Virus record (IMG/VR): IMGVR_UViG_3300027710_000011
Coordinates: 124,001-188,000 of that record
Direction: 5' to 3' (one strand)
Length of the DNA: 64,000 bases
The notes beneath the pieces were generated by a model. It was not told the DNA's origin, did not search any database, and worked only from the letters and a program-made list of their open reading frames with translations. The translations under genes and the position numbers were made by a program. Shown piece by piece: positions 20,656 to 30,992 of this stretch; the first letter of the stretch is position 1; each line of letters starts with the position of its first letter.

Positions 20656-22092
20656 TTAGATTCCTCGAATCGCTGCTTTGATGAGAATCAGCAGAATCGG
20701 AGTGAAGTAGAAACGATCCATCGTGTTCCAGTTGTTCATATCTTGCACCAAAGACTTCAGATGCCTGATCTCAAGCGGTTCGGCACTGAGGTACTTACGC
20801 AACTGCAATTCCAGTTGAGATTGAGCACCCTTAGTCGTATCGTTGATGTAGAACGCACGGGACAAGATGTAGCACCCATCCTTCATCGCTTTGTGAACCA
20901 GCGGAGGAGGCTCAGGATAATCGATTTCGTTGCCATCAACATCAGCAGCATTGAAACCATTGATCACCACATTGGGGAACATATCCGCCAAGCGCTTGTC
21001 GGCGCTGGGAAGCAAAGAGATCACGCTAGGACGCATCTCTTCAGGAGCGGGTTTCAACCCACTCGTGTCCACCAACTTCGGGTTCTTGATCTGAACGTAG
21101 TCAACTGTCAACACCGGATCGACCGGATAGATCACGCTACCCAAACCACTGTGATAGATGCTGTACAGCAAAGGTTCTCTGCTGAACTGCAAAGCGTTCA
21201 CAGTCCCGTATTCAACGAAACAATCCTTGAGCAACGTAATGTCGCGCTGCTTGATCATGCTCCAGATTTGCATGCTGCGCAAAGCGTCATCTTCATCGCG
21301 GTTGTATTCGCGCACATGCTGGGCTTCTTCGGTATCCCACGCATCGAAGAAATTGGTACAAGCATTGACCAAGAACGGGTCGTACACCACAGGCTTTTGA
21401 CCAGGCATCAGCATGGTCTTGAACTCACGGCTGAAGAAGGCACGGAAGTAGCGTGTAACCAATTCCTTGTAACTGCGGCGCAAGAAGTTGGTGATCTCAA
21501 ACTCTTCTTCAAAGAGCAGAGGGTTCTGGCCGTGATTGTGGAAGTCACGGTCGTAGAACAACTTGCGAACAGTCTTGTTCTCCAAGTCAGCCAGTCGATT
21601 ACCGGGCGATGTATCGATCAACTGGTATTCGATCTGATGTACTGTGCGTTTGAAAACGCTACGGCGTTCAGAGGTTGTGACTTGGAAGATACCTTCCTTG
21701 CCATCACCCAAGTCGGCCAGGAACATATCGCCCGTATTCGGGATGACGAACGGATAAACGGTTGCCGTACCACGAACAACCATTTGTTTCGTTTGCGGAT
21801 CTTGACTGGTCGTCAAGGGAGACGACACCTTCAATTCCATATCGGTGATACGGGTGTATTGCTGGAACACACCTGAGACCGATTGATTCTGGCCAGCGGT
21901 AGAACTGTCAGTGTTGAGCACTTGGCTGTAGTACTGACAAACCCACTCGCTACCTTCAATGTGAGTAAGCAGATTTTCCACTGCTTCTACTTTGGTGTTG
22001 ACTGTCACGCCCTGGTAATCCGGCACAGCAGTCTGAGTGATTGCTGGTACTGGCGCCGGACGCGTTTCGTCATCGGGTTCGACGATAGGCAT
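20656..22092 (-). CDS. virion structural protein (gp99-like, neck/head-completion candidate)
   Basis: LLTHIEGS.W...YYSQ, PNTGDMFLADLGDG, YDPF, FYFTPILL; synteny. Confidence 0.6.
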   Translation of the reverse strand: MPIVEPDDETRPAPVPAITQTAVPDYQGVTVNTKVEAVENLLTHIEGSEWVCQYYSQVLNTDSSTAGQNQSVSGVFQQYTRITDMELKVSSPLTTSQDPQTKQMVVRGTATVYPFVIPNTGDMFLADLGDGKEGIFQVTTSERRSVFKRTVHQIEYQLIDTSPGNRLADLENKTVRKLFYDRDFHNHGQNPLLFEEEFEITNFLRRSYKELVTRYFRAFFSREFKTMLMPGQKPVVYDPFLVNACTNFFDAWDTEEAQHVREYNRDEDDALRSMQIWSMIKQRDITLLKDCFVEYGTVNALQFSREPLLYSIYHSGLGSVIYPVDPVLTVDYVQIKNPKLVDTSGLKPAPEEMRPSVISLLPSADKRLADMFPNVVINGFNAADVDGNEIDYPEPPPLVHKAMKDGCYILSRAFYINDTTKGAQSQLELQLRKYLSAEPLEIRHLKSLVQDMNNWNTMDRFYFTPILLILIKAAIRGI

Positions 22093-22101
22093 CTTGTTTT
22101 C

Positions 22102-23637
22102 CTAGTGAGCGTTAATGACGAATGTCATCACGGTGTTGAACTGGATATGCTGCTTGTTCCAGCGTGAGTCAAAAGCTGTGTCAATCTTCTCAACAACTTT
22201 ATTGAACAGTTGATCGGACATGAAGTTTTGAGTCATGCACGTTGGATTGAGTTTTTCAATCTCGGGATCCAAAGTCATCATCAAGATGATGGCGGCTTTG
22301 CAATTGTTCCGAAGGCGCAGCTTAGCTTCTGGCGGCAGCAAACGAGGACGCTGGTACAAAGACAAGCGTACGTGGTATTGCGAACGAAGATCTGGCGGCT
22401 TACGGAGCATGACCTTGAGATCAGGCGTCACGTAATACTCATCCAACGGAATAGTCTTGTCGTTTTTGAAGACCACGACGTTGAAGATTGAATAACGATA
22501 CTTCGTCATCCACGGTGATTCGATCTTCATGAAATTCAGAACATCCGGATCGATGTGATGCTTAGAACCCAAGGGATCAAAGGACATCAGCTCAAGCGGA
22601 TTACTCTCATCGATGCTAGTCAGCGCTGTCACGACTCGCAATGTGTCCAAAGGAATCGTTCCGTTGTCAGGGATGAATTCATCAAAGGCCGGCATCGACA
22701 TACCTGGCATTCTTTGCTGAACCCGCAGTGCTTGGTTTTGAGCAAGGAACTGCGACATGGCGCCGGCAATCATCGAATACTCAAGCTTCGTGTCTTCGGG
22801 ACGCGGAGGTAATGAGGTTTGACGGAAAGCCTTGGCAATGAACTGATTGTGAATCATCAGCGGATACGACATCCAAACAACAGTAGGGATGTGAATCTTG
22901 GCTGTGTAGGTGAAATCAATATCCCACGAGCTATTTTCCGAATGCTTCTGACCTTCTTCGGATTCAGCAGGGAAATCAAAGTAGCCGATGATTTCTCCTT
23001 GCGTCTCAGCGATAGCCCAACGCGTGTTCTTACCCGCGTTATCACTGAGTACCGTAGCCTTAGGTGTGATGAAGCGATTCCAGTAAGCTGTGAAGGTTTC
23101 GCCGTAAGGCGCTACCTTCTCACGCATCTTGTTGATCTCTGCCGCAATGTCTATACATTCCTCAGGGATCAGATACGAGTAACTTGCTTTGTGGTAACGT
23201 GCTTCGCGATTTGCGGCAGCACGAGCGCGCAGATCGTTACGCCACATGCGAGCGTGATTGCGATCTACGAATTTGGATGTAAAGTTGAAGACAAGATCAA
23301 CTTCCACATACGACGGACGAATGAAGACTTTGGTTTCCGTATCGTTAAAGATGAGCGGATGATCCATGTAGTCCACAGATGCAGTCAGTTCCTGTTCCTG
23401 GTGAGTTCTTTCTTCCACGTTGATAATCCAACGGGCATCAGAGTCCAGCTGATTGAACTTGGGTTCCGTACCGATGGTTGAGCCAGGTTGAAACACTTCG
23501 GTGTTCTCGCCAGCATACATCAGCTGAGTTGTCCTTGGTAACCCGGTCCACTCCAGGACCTGCCTGGCAATATCGAGTACCGTCGGACGCAACATGCTCT
23601 CACGCACGTCCGGGATTAGATATATAGCTTTAGGCAT
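22102..23637 (-). CDS. virion structural protein (gp98-like)
   Basis: 511 aa; YPLMIHNQ and P.FDEF motifs; synteny. Confidence 0.55.
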   Translation of the reverse strand: MPKAIYLIPDVRESMLRPTVLDIARQVLEWTGLPRTTQLMYAGENTEVFQPGSTIGTEPKFNQLDSDARWIINVEERTHQEQELTASVDYMDHPLIFNDTETKVFIRPSYVEVDLVFNFTSKFVDRNHARMWRNDLRARAAANREARYHKASYSYLIPEECIDIAAEINKMREKVAPYGETFTAYWNRFITPKATVLSDNAGKNTRWAIAETQGEIIGYFDFPAESEEGQKHSENSSWDIDFTYTAKIHIPTVVWMSYPLMIHNQFIAKAFRQTSLPPRPEDTKLEYSMIAGAMSQFLAQNQALRVQQRMPGMSMPAFDEFIPDNGTIPLDTLRVVTALTSIDESNPLELMSFDPLGSKHHIDPDVLNFMKIESPWMTKYRYSIFNVVVFKNDKTIPLDEYYVTPDLKVMLRKPPDLRSQYHVRLSLYQRPRLLPPEAKLRLRNNCKAAIILMMTLDPEIEKLNPTCMTQNFMSDQLFNKVVEKIDTAFDSRWNKQHIQFNTVMTFVINAH

Positions 23638-23711
23638 TTTGGTTGTTCCAGTTTTCTAAGATATACACACGATTAGCCGACGATGTGTATTTTAACCAAC
23701 GCATCGACAAC

Positions 23712-23742
23712 ATAAACAGGAGGGGATTACCCTCCTGTTTAT
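23712..23742. terminator. intrinsic terminator
   Basis: ATAAACAGGAGGG-GATTA-CCCTCCTGTTTAT. Confidence 0.8.
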
Positions 23743-23753
23743 TTCTTCTTTGC

Positions 23754-25175
23754 TTACTTCAGTTGCAAACCAGAAGCAACGCTATGGCTGCCCTTAGCGT
23801 GAGCAGCAATGCTCTTCGAAATTGCGGTCAGCAAGTACGAGATCGTGCGGCCAGAAGCTTCGGACAGACGCGTGTACGGCACAGTCGCGCTCTTCGTGAT
23901 CGAGTTGGTCACGATGAGGGATTGCAGCGACATTGCGTAACAGAGTGGATTCTGAGTATCCATCTTGCTCACGCGTGATGCGATTTGATCGCAGCAAGTC
24001 CGAGAAAACGCAGTACGCTTCTGCAAAGATGCAGAGATGCTACGGCTGCCGGAGCGTGCGCTGTAGAACGTCAGCAATTGCTTCACGAGCTTGATAGCTT
24101 TGGCAATCTCAGCCATGCTCATTGCTTCCACTTCCACCACAGCGGCGGCGGAGACAGCGTCATTCACAACCGTGATGCGGTTGCGGTGCGCCACACGAGC
24201 GATCAGGTCTTGCACCGAAGTGCTGGAGTGCATGCTGATCGAGGCGAAGACATCTTTAGGGATGTACTCTGCTTCAATGCGAATGCCGCCAATCAGCTGC
24301 GGCGTTTGCGTAATGATGCTGCCGTCAGGACCAGACAGGTGAGCGGCAGGGTAGCCGCTGAACAAACGAGGCACATTGAACGCACCGGAGATTTGTTGCA
24401 GCAACCGAACCGTACCGTCACGCTGAGCGTGTTGAACAGTTTGACCTTCCGTTTTCTTGATGGCCAAATCGCTCTCGTACAGACGAACGAAGCCGGAACC
24501 GTATTCGTAGTTGGCATCGCCAACCGAATCCATGAAGTTGCCCATCACATCAGCGAACTTGGCGGATTCGGCAAGCAGCTCTTGCATGCTGCTGACGCCC
24601 TTGCCTTGAACGGTAGGCAACTGGATCTTGATGTTGTCAACGTTTTTGGTAAGGGTACCGGCGCTGCTCAGTTCGTCGTAAGCCTTTTCAAGCTTCTTCA
24701 AACGAGTTTCGCTACCACCAGCAATCAACATCAAACGCTGGATGTAGCTGGCGATGTAGGTGCTGGCTTGACGCAGCAGTTGCTTGATGGCCGCGATGAT
24801 GCGAGCAATGGTTTCTTTCACCTTGCGAACGACTTCCGCACCGGTGATGCGAGCATCACCCAACATGTCTTCCATGGCAGGCGTGATCACTTCACCAGTG
24901 TCTTCCGTGCCAGCAGCAGCGAAGTCGCCAGCCACCTGGATCAATGCTGCTTCCTTCGGAGTGATTTCGCGGATGTGATCGACAACGAACGCCAAATCTT
25001 CCAGAGCCGAGACCATCGGCGCTGCGCGTTCAGTTTCGGCAAAGGTGCCTTCGAGTTGTTGTTGCAGTGCGCATGCTTCTTCAATGGCCTGCACTTGCTC
25101 TTCAAGAGCGACAGTAGGCAGGACACCGAGACCGAGCGTGCGCTCTTTGTAAACAGTTGCAATGAGCTTGCTCAT
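23754..25175 (-). CDS. internal head (inner-body family) protein
   Basis: VALE/SALE/PAME sites followed by the amphipathic helix VVRKVKETIARIIAAIKQLL. Confidence 0.7.
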   Translation of the reverse strand: MSKLIATVYKERTLGLGVLPTVALEEQVQAIEEACALQQQLEGTFAETERAAPMVSALEDLAFVVDHIREITPKEAALIQVAGDFAAAGTEDTGEVITPAMEDMLGDARITGAEVVRKVKETIARIIAAIKQLLRQASTYIASYIQRLMLIAGGSETRLKKLEKAYDELSSAGTLTKNVDNIKIQLPTVQGKGVSSMQELLAESAKFADVMGNFMDSVGDANYEYGSGFVRLYESDLAIKKTEGQTVQHAQRDGTVRLLQQISGAFNVPRLFSGYPAAHLSGPDGSIITQTPQLIGGIRIEAEYIPKDVFASISMHSSTSVQDLIARVAHRNRITVVNDAVSAAAVVEVEAMSMAEIAKAIKLVKQLLTFYSARSGSRSISASLQKRTAFSRTCCDQIASRVSKMDTQNPLCYAMSLQSLIVTNSITKSATVPYTRLSEASGRTISYLLTAISKSIAAHAKGSHSVASGLQLK

Positions 25176-25276
25176 GATGTATTTTCTGTCGGTTGTTTAG
25201 TGCAGACCACGACTTTCAACAAGAAAGTCATTAGGAGAATTCTACATACAATGAAGAACGCAGAAAGCTGGTTGAA

Positions 25277-25312
25277 ATAAAACGAGTGAGCTTAAACACT
25301 CACTCGTTTTAT
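25277..25312. terminator. intrinsic terminator
   Basis: AATAAAACGAGTGAG...CTCACTCGTTTTATT. Confidence 0.8.
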
Positions 25313-25323
25313 TATTACGCCAA

Positions 25324-26553
25324 TTACGCCAACTTAGCGTTGATGCTTTGCTCTTCCACGTCACGGATGCGCGCAAGCGCTTTATTCAACGATGTGCATT
25401 CGCTATCGATTGCTGAGCTGAGCTTAGTGATCGAGGTGATGTCTTTGATGATGCCGCCGAGAATTTCGCGCATCTGCGAAGCCTTCATGGGACCATAGGT
25501 TTTTCTACCTGTGAGCTTGAGGTCGATATCATTATCGTGACGGCGCAGATGGTCCTTGAAATTCTTCATCTCTTGCTCAAGACTCTTGGACAGAGTTGTC
25601 AAGCTGAGAGCGCCGCTTTCGCCGAGGAAACGAGCGTAGTCCGAAACCACATCCTCGATTTCAGAGACCAGATCATGGCTGATCTTGCTCGTGTTTTCTT
25701 CAGACGGCTCATCACCACCACCAATCAGAGATTGCGTGACCACGAAGTAGTTCTTGCAGAACGAAGCTGTGGACGACAGAGTGTTCGTGTGATTGATGCG
25801 CTCGGTTTGAACTCCGATCTTCACGCCGGCGTGCCAGGTCTTTTCATCGAACTTCTTCTCAAAGTTCAAGAGCTGACGTTGTGCAGCTTCCATCTTGTTC
25901 AGCACGCTGACATCCATCGTTTCTTCAACGTGACCAGCTTCGGCTTCATTGGCCGCGATACGAGTCTCAGCCAGGTCGGCGACGATCGGGACGTATTGCT
26001 CAATAGCTTTGGAAAGCTCGAGCATACTGGCGCAGCGCTTGCGAATGCTGTTGATCTTGCGGCTATCAGCCGAACGGCCAACCATGTGCTTGAATGCGGA
26101 CACGGTTTCCTTGAGATGCTTGAAGCCATTGCGGAACTTCTCGATAGCCCAAGCAATGAAAGCCTTGATCTTTTCGACCACGTAGGCGATCATCTGTTTG
26201 ATCTTGTCGATGATGGCTTGAGACTTGTCGCTGGTCGAAACTTGTTCGACATTCATAACGGCGCTGGACTCGAGGGCTGGTGTGAACACAGCGCCACTGA
26301 TACCGGACGATGCACCAGCGATGTCGCCGATCACTTGAACCAGAGCGATGTCGGTGGCGTCGAGTTCTTTCAGGGATTCCAGAACCAGGCTCAAGTTTTC
26401 CAGACCAACAGCCACATCTTCGGCTTGCTTGGCATCGGTCAGGCAGTTCTCGATGTCCAGCACTTGGGCCAGACCTTCGTAGGTGTTAGCTACGGCGTCA
26501 GCTTCGGCTTCGGCTTCCAGAGCCAGAGACAAAGCGATATTCTTTTCAGTCAT
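25324..26553 (-). CDS. internal head protein
   Basis: LALE/GLE/PALE sites and an amphipathic helix; ATG at 26553 with GAGG SD. Confidence 0.7.
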   Translation of the reverse strand: MTEKNIALSLALEAEAEADAVANTYEGLAQVLDIENCLTDAKQAEDVAVGLENLSLVLESLKELDATDIALVQVIGDIAGASSGISGAVFTPALESSAVMNVEQVSTSDKSQAIIDKIKQMIAYVVEKIKAFIAWAIEKFRNGFKHLKETVSAFKHMVGRSADSRKINSIRKRCASMLELSKAIEQYVPIVADLAETRIAANEAEAGHVEETMDVSVLNKMEAAQRQLLNFEKKFDEKTWHAGVKIGVQTERINHTNTLSSTASFCKNYFVVTQSLIGGGDEPSEENTSKISHDLVSEIEDVVSDYARFLGESGALSLTTLSKSLEQEMKNFKDHLRRHDNDIDLKLTGRKTYGPMKASQMREILGGIIKDITSITKLSSAIDSECTSLNKALARIRDVEEQSINAKLA

Positions 26554-26616
26554 GTCAAACCTCTTCAGGGTTGGTAACTTGAGCTTAGTCAAGTTTTGTT
26601 AAATGCGTCATAAGAA

Positions 26617-26648
26617 GAGTATCAGATCCTTTTACGGATCTGATACTC
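26617..26648 (-). terminator. hairpin/terminator
   Basis: GAGTATCAGATCC-TTTTAC-GGATCTGATACTC. Confidence 0.7.
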
Positions 26649-26695
26649 AACTATGATCAGTCTACTGAAATGATCGCGTTATGCAATTCTGAACA

Positions 26696-28219
26696 TTACT
26701 TCAGGAGTGCAGTTTCGCCATCATTCTTTTCAGCTTTGCCTTCAAGCTTGGCAATACACAGATCAACGTAACGGATCACGTTGGCACTGGTACTGATAGC
26801 GAAAGCGAACGAACGCTCGTGGATGCCGGCGGCCAGGGCAGGAGCGATTGCGGAAATCGAGCGCAGGAAATCGCGGTCCTCATCAGCGAGGTCAACGTCT
26901 TCCTTGGATTCGATGTTTGCAACAGCTGCTTCCAGTTTGGACACCAGAATCTTGCCGGCCTTGAAATCACGCTGGAACTTGCGAATGATCGAAGTCGTCT
27001 TGATGACTGTCTCGAGGACATTCAACAAACCTTCCGGAGGCAGAACATCAAGGTCTTTGAGTTCAGCGTTGTCCGTGCGCTTGATCATGTATTCGAACTC
27101 GCGCAGATCTTCCGTGGTCTTGGGCAGACACAGAACACCCACGTGGTTACCAGGCAGCAAGTCGGTGGTCAGCACATCAACACGATCACCAGCGCCGTCG
27201 ATGTCGAATTCGGCATTGCTGGAGTCATGAGGGAAGTGACCGTCCAACGCACGCTTGAGCACGCGTGGGAAGTTTTCCATCATGCGACCGATATCCTTGT
27301 CCTGAACGAATGCTTCGATCAGGGTGTTCAGATAGTCGATGTAACCGGAGTCAGCAGACTCATAGGCGTCCTTGACCAGGTCGTGCATGTTCTGGAAAGC
27401 TGCATCGTTCCAGCCAGAATCCGTGTAGCCCAGCGCCATCTTCAGTCGTTGGTTGCTGATGACAGCACCTTCACCGACTGTGGAGCCACGCAGGCCACGA
27501 ACGCGCGAACGCATCGACATCGCGGCACGCTCAACTTTGGCGGCTGTGTTGAAGATACTGGCGAAGAATTCTTGAGCATGCACGTAGGCACGACGAACGG
27601 CCTCGATGATCGTGCGCAGCAGACGCACGACTTGATCGCGAATGCTGCTGACCTTTTCACGCATGCTGGCACCAAAGCCTGCGCCGTCCTCGAGGGCCAC
27701 TGCAGGGTTTTCCAAGCCAAGCTTGTTGTAGATGCTCTCAATCGCCAGATCAAGAACAGCACGACCGGCATCGGTGTCAGCTTCAACGGCCTTGGTTTCT
27801 TCGGCAGAGCTTGCCAAGTCTTCCAGCTCATGAACGGCCACGCATGCCTTCTTCAGGTCACTGGCGTTGGCATCAAGAGCACGTTCGCCGTCACGCATTT
27901 CGCCGACGTCTTCCAGGATGTCGATAATGTCGACTTCGCCGGCTTCGAGCTCAGGTGCGTCAGGATCCAGAGGACCATCTTCATCAAGCACTTCGTCAGC
28001 GGGTGTCTCGCGACTACCTTCGTCAACTTCATCGGCCACGACTTCTTGGATGGCTTCCACCGTGGTTTCAGGCTCTACCACCGGAGCGTCATCGGTACCA
28101 GCAGCAGGCACTTCGTCCTGATTACCAGTAGCTTCGCCGCTTTCCAAAGGCACTTCTTCACGACCTTCAGCAGTTGCTTCGAGAGCAACACGCATCAAGT
28201 TGTTTTGATTTTGTTTCAT
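26696..28219 (-). CDS. internal head protein with acidic propeptide
   Basis: VALE/AIE/VALE sites, acidic N-terminal third and an amphipathic helix. Confidence 0.7.
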   Translation of the reverse strand: MKQNQNNLMRVALEATAEGREEVPLESGEATGNQDEVPAAGTDDAPVVEPETTVEAIQEVVADEVDEGSRETPADEVLDEDGPLDPDAPELEAGEVDIIDILEDVGEMRDGERALDANASDLKKACVAVHELEDLASSAEETKAVEADTDAGRAVLDLAIESIYNKLGLENPAVALEDGAGFGASMREKVSSIRDQVVRLLRTIIEAVRRAYVHAQEFFASIFNTAAKVERAAMSMRSRVRGLRGSTVGEGAVISNQRLKMALGYTDSGWNDAAFQNMHDLVKDAYESADSGYIDYLNTLIEAFVQDKDIGRMMENFPRVLKRALDGHFPHDSSNAEFDIDGAGDRVDVLTTDLLPGNHVGVLCLPKTTEDLREFEYMIKRTDNAELKDLDVLPPEGLLNVLETVIKTTSIIRKFQRDFKAGKILVSKLEAAVANIESKEDVDLADEDRDFLRSISAIAPALAAGIHERSFAFAISTSANVIRYVDLCIAKLEGKAEKNDGETALLK

Positions 28220-28255
28220 GTCTAATCCCTTTTCAAGATTGCTACGTAGTAGTTA

Positions 28256-28285
28256 AGACGAGAGGTATTTCTACCTCTCGTCTCA
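28256..28285 (-). terminator. hairpin/terminator
   Basis: GACGAGAGGTA-TTTC-TACCTCTCGTC. Confidence 0.7.
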
Positions 28286-28292
28286 ATCCTGA

Positions 28293-30290
28293 TTAGGCTG
28301 CGGCAGGAGCCGGGGCTGCTCCCGCAGCCCCGGCAGGAGCTTCAGCCTTCTTCGGGGCCAGAGCGGCCAGCGACTTCTTGCAGTAGTTCAGCGAAGCGCT
28401 GTTGTTGGCGAACGCAACCTTCACGGCATTCGAAGTCAGGCCGGCAGCCAGTTGATGCAGAACCTTGCCCAATGCGGGATCGGGTTTGGCATCAGCACCG
28501 GCAGCTTTGGCGGCGTAACCGTTGAAGCTGTTCAAAGCACTCTTGAGCTGACGACTCATGTTGGTCAGAGCAGACATGCTCTTGGCGCTGTTGGCGATCA
28601 CAGTGGCCAGGCCGCGGACTTCAGGAGCAGACAGAGCCGGGATTGCGGTTGTCGCAACTTCGGCCGGGACGTACTGACGGCCGAAAGCCATCTTGGGCAG
28701 ATCAGCAGCAGTCTTGGGAACGTAAGCCCACAGGACTTGGTTGCCAGGCAGAACGGGCGAAGCAAAGCCCTGCGTGCCTTCAGGAGCAGCGGCAACGCCC
28801 AGCGAAGCCAGATCGTTGTTCGGCTTCAGAGCAGCAGCCACGTTGCCGTAGATTGCTTGAACCAGCTTTTCCTTGTTGGCCAAGCTGGCATCACCGGTTT
28901 CACCAGCGCGCTCAACCATCTTGGTGATGCCGTCGACGAAGATGCCGCCGTTGGCAGCAATTTTGTCCAGTGTGCCGTTGACGGACACCATCTGCTGCAC
29001 GATGTTCTTAGGAACAGCGGTGCCGATGGCGAAAGCCTTAGCCAAAGCAGCGTCTTCCAGCGGTTTGTCGGAACGAGCATCGCCCATGGCTGTGGCTTGT
29101 TTCAGCAAGCCAGCTGCTTGTTGACCTTGGAGAACGGCGCCAGAGGCCAGCTTGTCGTAGAAACCGATGACCATGCTGATGAATTTGGCGATGGCGGCCT
29201 TGATGACTTCCCACACGTCCTTGGCGGTCTGCTTGATTTCTTCCAGAGCGATGGAAGTTGCCGAGATGCGGACGCCAGGCTGTTCAAAGGACTCCATGGC
29301 CAGGATGCCGATGGGAGGAGCCAGCTTCAAAGTTTGGTGGATGTGTTCCACAGCCACTTCCAGAACTTGAGCAGCAGCCTTGGGCAGGCCGCCTTCTTCA
29401 GCGCTGGATTCCACGATGTCGGCGATCTTGCTCAGGGCTTCACCACCTTCGTTGTAGGTGTTCAGCTCGGTGGCCATTTCGTCCAGCTCAGGTGCGATCT
29501 GATCAGCAGTGATCATTTCGGGCGAAGAGCCGATGGGGGTGGTATCGGAAGTGACAACCAGGTCTTCCTTGGACACGGCAGCTTCGGCACCTTCTTCGCC
29601 TTCAGCCTTGGTCTCGTCGATGGCGGACTGCACTTCTTCAGCAGCAGCATCCGACTCGGCAGGAGTCGGCGTAGCGTCCACAGCGGGTTCGTCAGCAGCA
29701 GGCACTTCAGCCGCAGGGGCGTCAGCGGCCGGTTCAGCTGCAGGCTCACCGCCTTCAACAGGAGCCGCGTCGGCGGCAGGAACTGCGTCAACCGCAGGCG
29801 CGTCTTCAGCAGGAGGTGCATCGGCAGCAGGTGCTGCGTCAGCAGGAGCATCGGCCGGGACGTCGGCTGCGGGAGCAGCGGCTTCGCCTTCGGCAGGCAC
29901 AGCGTCGACAGCAGGTGCGTCCACAGCGTCAGCAGCGACATCAGCAGCGCCACCGGCATCGGCGGGAGGAACTTCAGCGACAGCTTCAGGCACCACTTCA
30001 GCCACAGGCTCAGCAGGAGCGGGAGGCACTTCCACCACAGCAGTACCTTCGGCCGGCTTGGAAGCTTGTTCCACTTCGACCTTGATGATCACGGTCGGAG
30101 CAGTTGTTTCGGCCACAGGAGCGACTTCGGGAACACCGGCTTCACCAGCGCCGGCGGCCACGGCGTCAGCGGTCGTGTCGGCAGCGGCTTCGGTCGGCAC
30201 AACCGCGGGGACTTCGTCAGATTCCAGAGCGACAGCGGATTGGCGGGCCATCAAGCCGGCGAGAACTGCGCGGTTCAGATTACGTTGCAT
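28293..30290 (-). CDS. major internal head / inner-body protein (gp93-family-like) with long Ala/Pro/acidic propeptide
   Basis: VALES, ~200 aa of low-complexity A/P/D/E, AMESF...IALEE, amphipathic helix and LPGN; strongly biased codons. Confidence 0.75.
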   Translation of the reverse strand: MQRNLNRAVLAGLMARQSAVALESDEVPAVVPTEAAADTTADAVAAGAGEAGVPEVAPVAETTAPTVIIKVEVEQASKPAEGTAVVEVPPAPAEPVAEVVPEAVAEVPPADAGGAADVAADAVDAPAVDAVPAEGEAAAPAADVPADAPADAAPAADAPPAEDAPAVDAVPAADAAPVEGGEPAAEPAADAPAAEVPAADEPAVDATPTPAESDAAAEEVQSAIDETKAEGEEGAEAAVSKEDLVVTSDTTPIGSSPEMITADQIAPELDEMATELNTYNEGGEALSKIADIVESSAEEGGLPKAAAQVLEVAVEHIHQTLKLAPPIGILAMESFEQPGVRISATSIALEEIKQTAKDVWEVIKAAIAKFISMVIGFYDKLASGAVLQGQQAAGLLKQATAMGDARSDKPLEDAALAKAFAIGTAVPKNIVQQMVSVNGTLDKIAANGGIFVDGITKMVERAGETGDASLANKEKLVQAIYGNVAAALKPNNDLASLGVAAAPEGTQGFASPVLPGNQVLWAYVPKTAADLPKMAFGRQYVPAEVATTAIPALSAPEVRGLATVIANSAKSMSALTNMSRQLKSALNSFNGYAAKAAGADAKPDPALGKVLHQLAAGLTSNAVKVAFANNSASLNYCKKSLAALAPKKAEAPAGAAGAAPAPAAA

Positions 30291-30392
30291 GTTGAAACTC
30301 CATTCGAATGGGGATGTACTTTTTGGTACGAATTCAGAAAAGCCTACTTCCGGAAAGGCTTTATCTACAGGATTGTGAGGCTGAGGCGTTTT

Positions 30393-30992
30393 TTAATCGT
30401 TCATGCCGAACAAGATGTGACCAGTGGTCAGCATGTCACTGAAGCCGCCGGACTGATGCATCCATTGTTGAACGACTTCGTCGATCGACAAGTTCAACTG
30501 AGCGACTTCGGTCAGATTACGGCGACCAAAGTAAGTGACTGCTTTCTCAGACAACGCAGTCGAACTCACGCGGCGCTCGTCTTCATCCAAGATCACGTTC
30601 CAGTTCTGGACAGCCATGCGGCGATTACCCGTCATCAGGTAGTGCAGCGTGTCATCCAAGAAGTCCCGGTGAGTTTCACCAAAAGAGGGACTTTGGAATT
30701 GAGCTGTATACCACTCAGCGAAGTTTGTGGTACCGAAGGCCAGCATGAAGTCCAGCATGGCTTGTTCTTTGAAGTCGAACTTGCGAGCGTTCAGGTCATT
30801 ACGACCCAGACTCTGGTACGCGCTTTCCACCTTCAAGTTCGCAATGATGACCTTGTCATCGTTGGTATCGAACAAGGAGACGTCGTATTGCAGACGGCCC
30901 GACGGACGAGGCTTGCGTTCCAGGATTGGCTCAAGCTGGGCACCCAGGAAACCTCGTGGGTAAATCTTGAACTTTCCGAGAAGGCTGTTCAT
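30393..30992 (-). CDS. conserved jumbo-phage protein (gp91-like)
   Basis: YPRGFLG..L.P, W...Q..SP; synteny. Confidence 0.6.
   Translation of the reverse strand: MNSLLGKFKIYPRGFLGAQLEPILERKPRPSGRLQYDVSLFDTNDDKVIIANLKVESAYQSLGRNDLNARKFDFKEQAMLDFMLAFGTTNFAEWYTAQFQSPSFGETHRDFLDDTLHYLMTGNRRMAVQNWNVILDEDERRVSSTALSEKAVTYFGRRNLTEVAQLNLSIDEVVQQWMHQSGGFSDMLTTGHILFGMND

Noticed and set aside
29500-30230. GCA/GCC-rich quasi-repeats resembling a repeat array
   Set aside because: They encode the low-complexity Ala/Pro/Asp/Glu propeptide; there is no fixed repeat-spacer period, so this is not CRISPR
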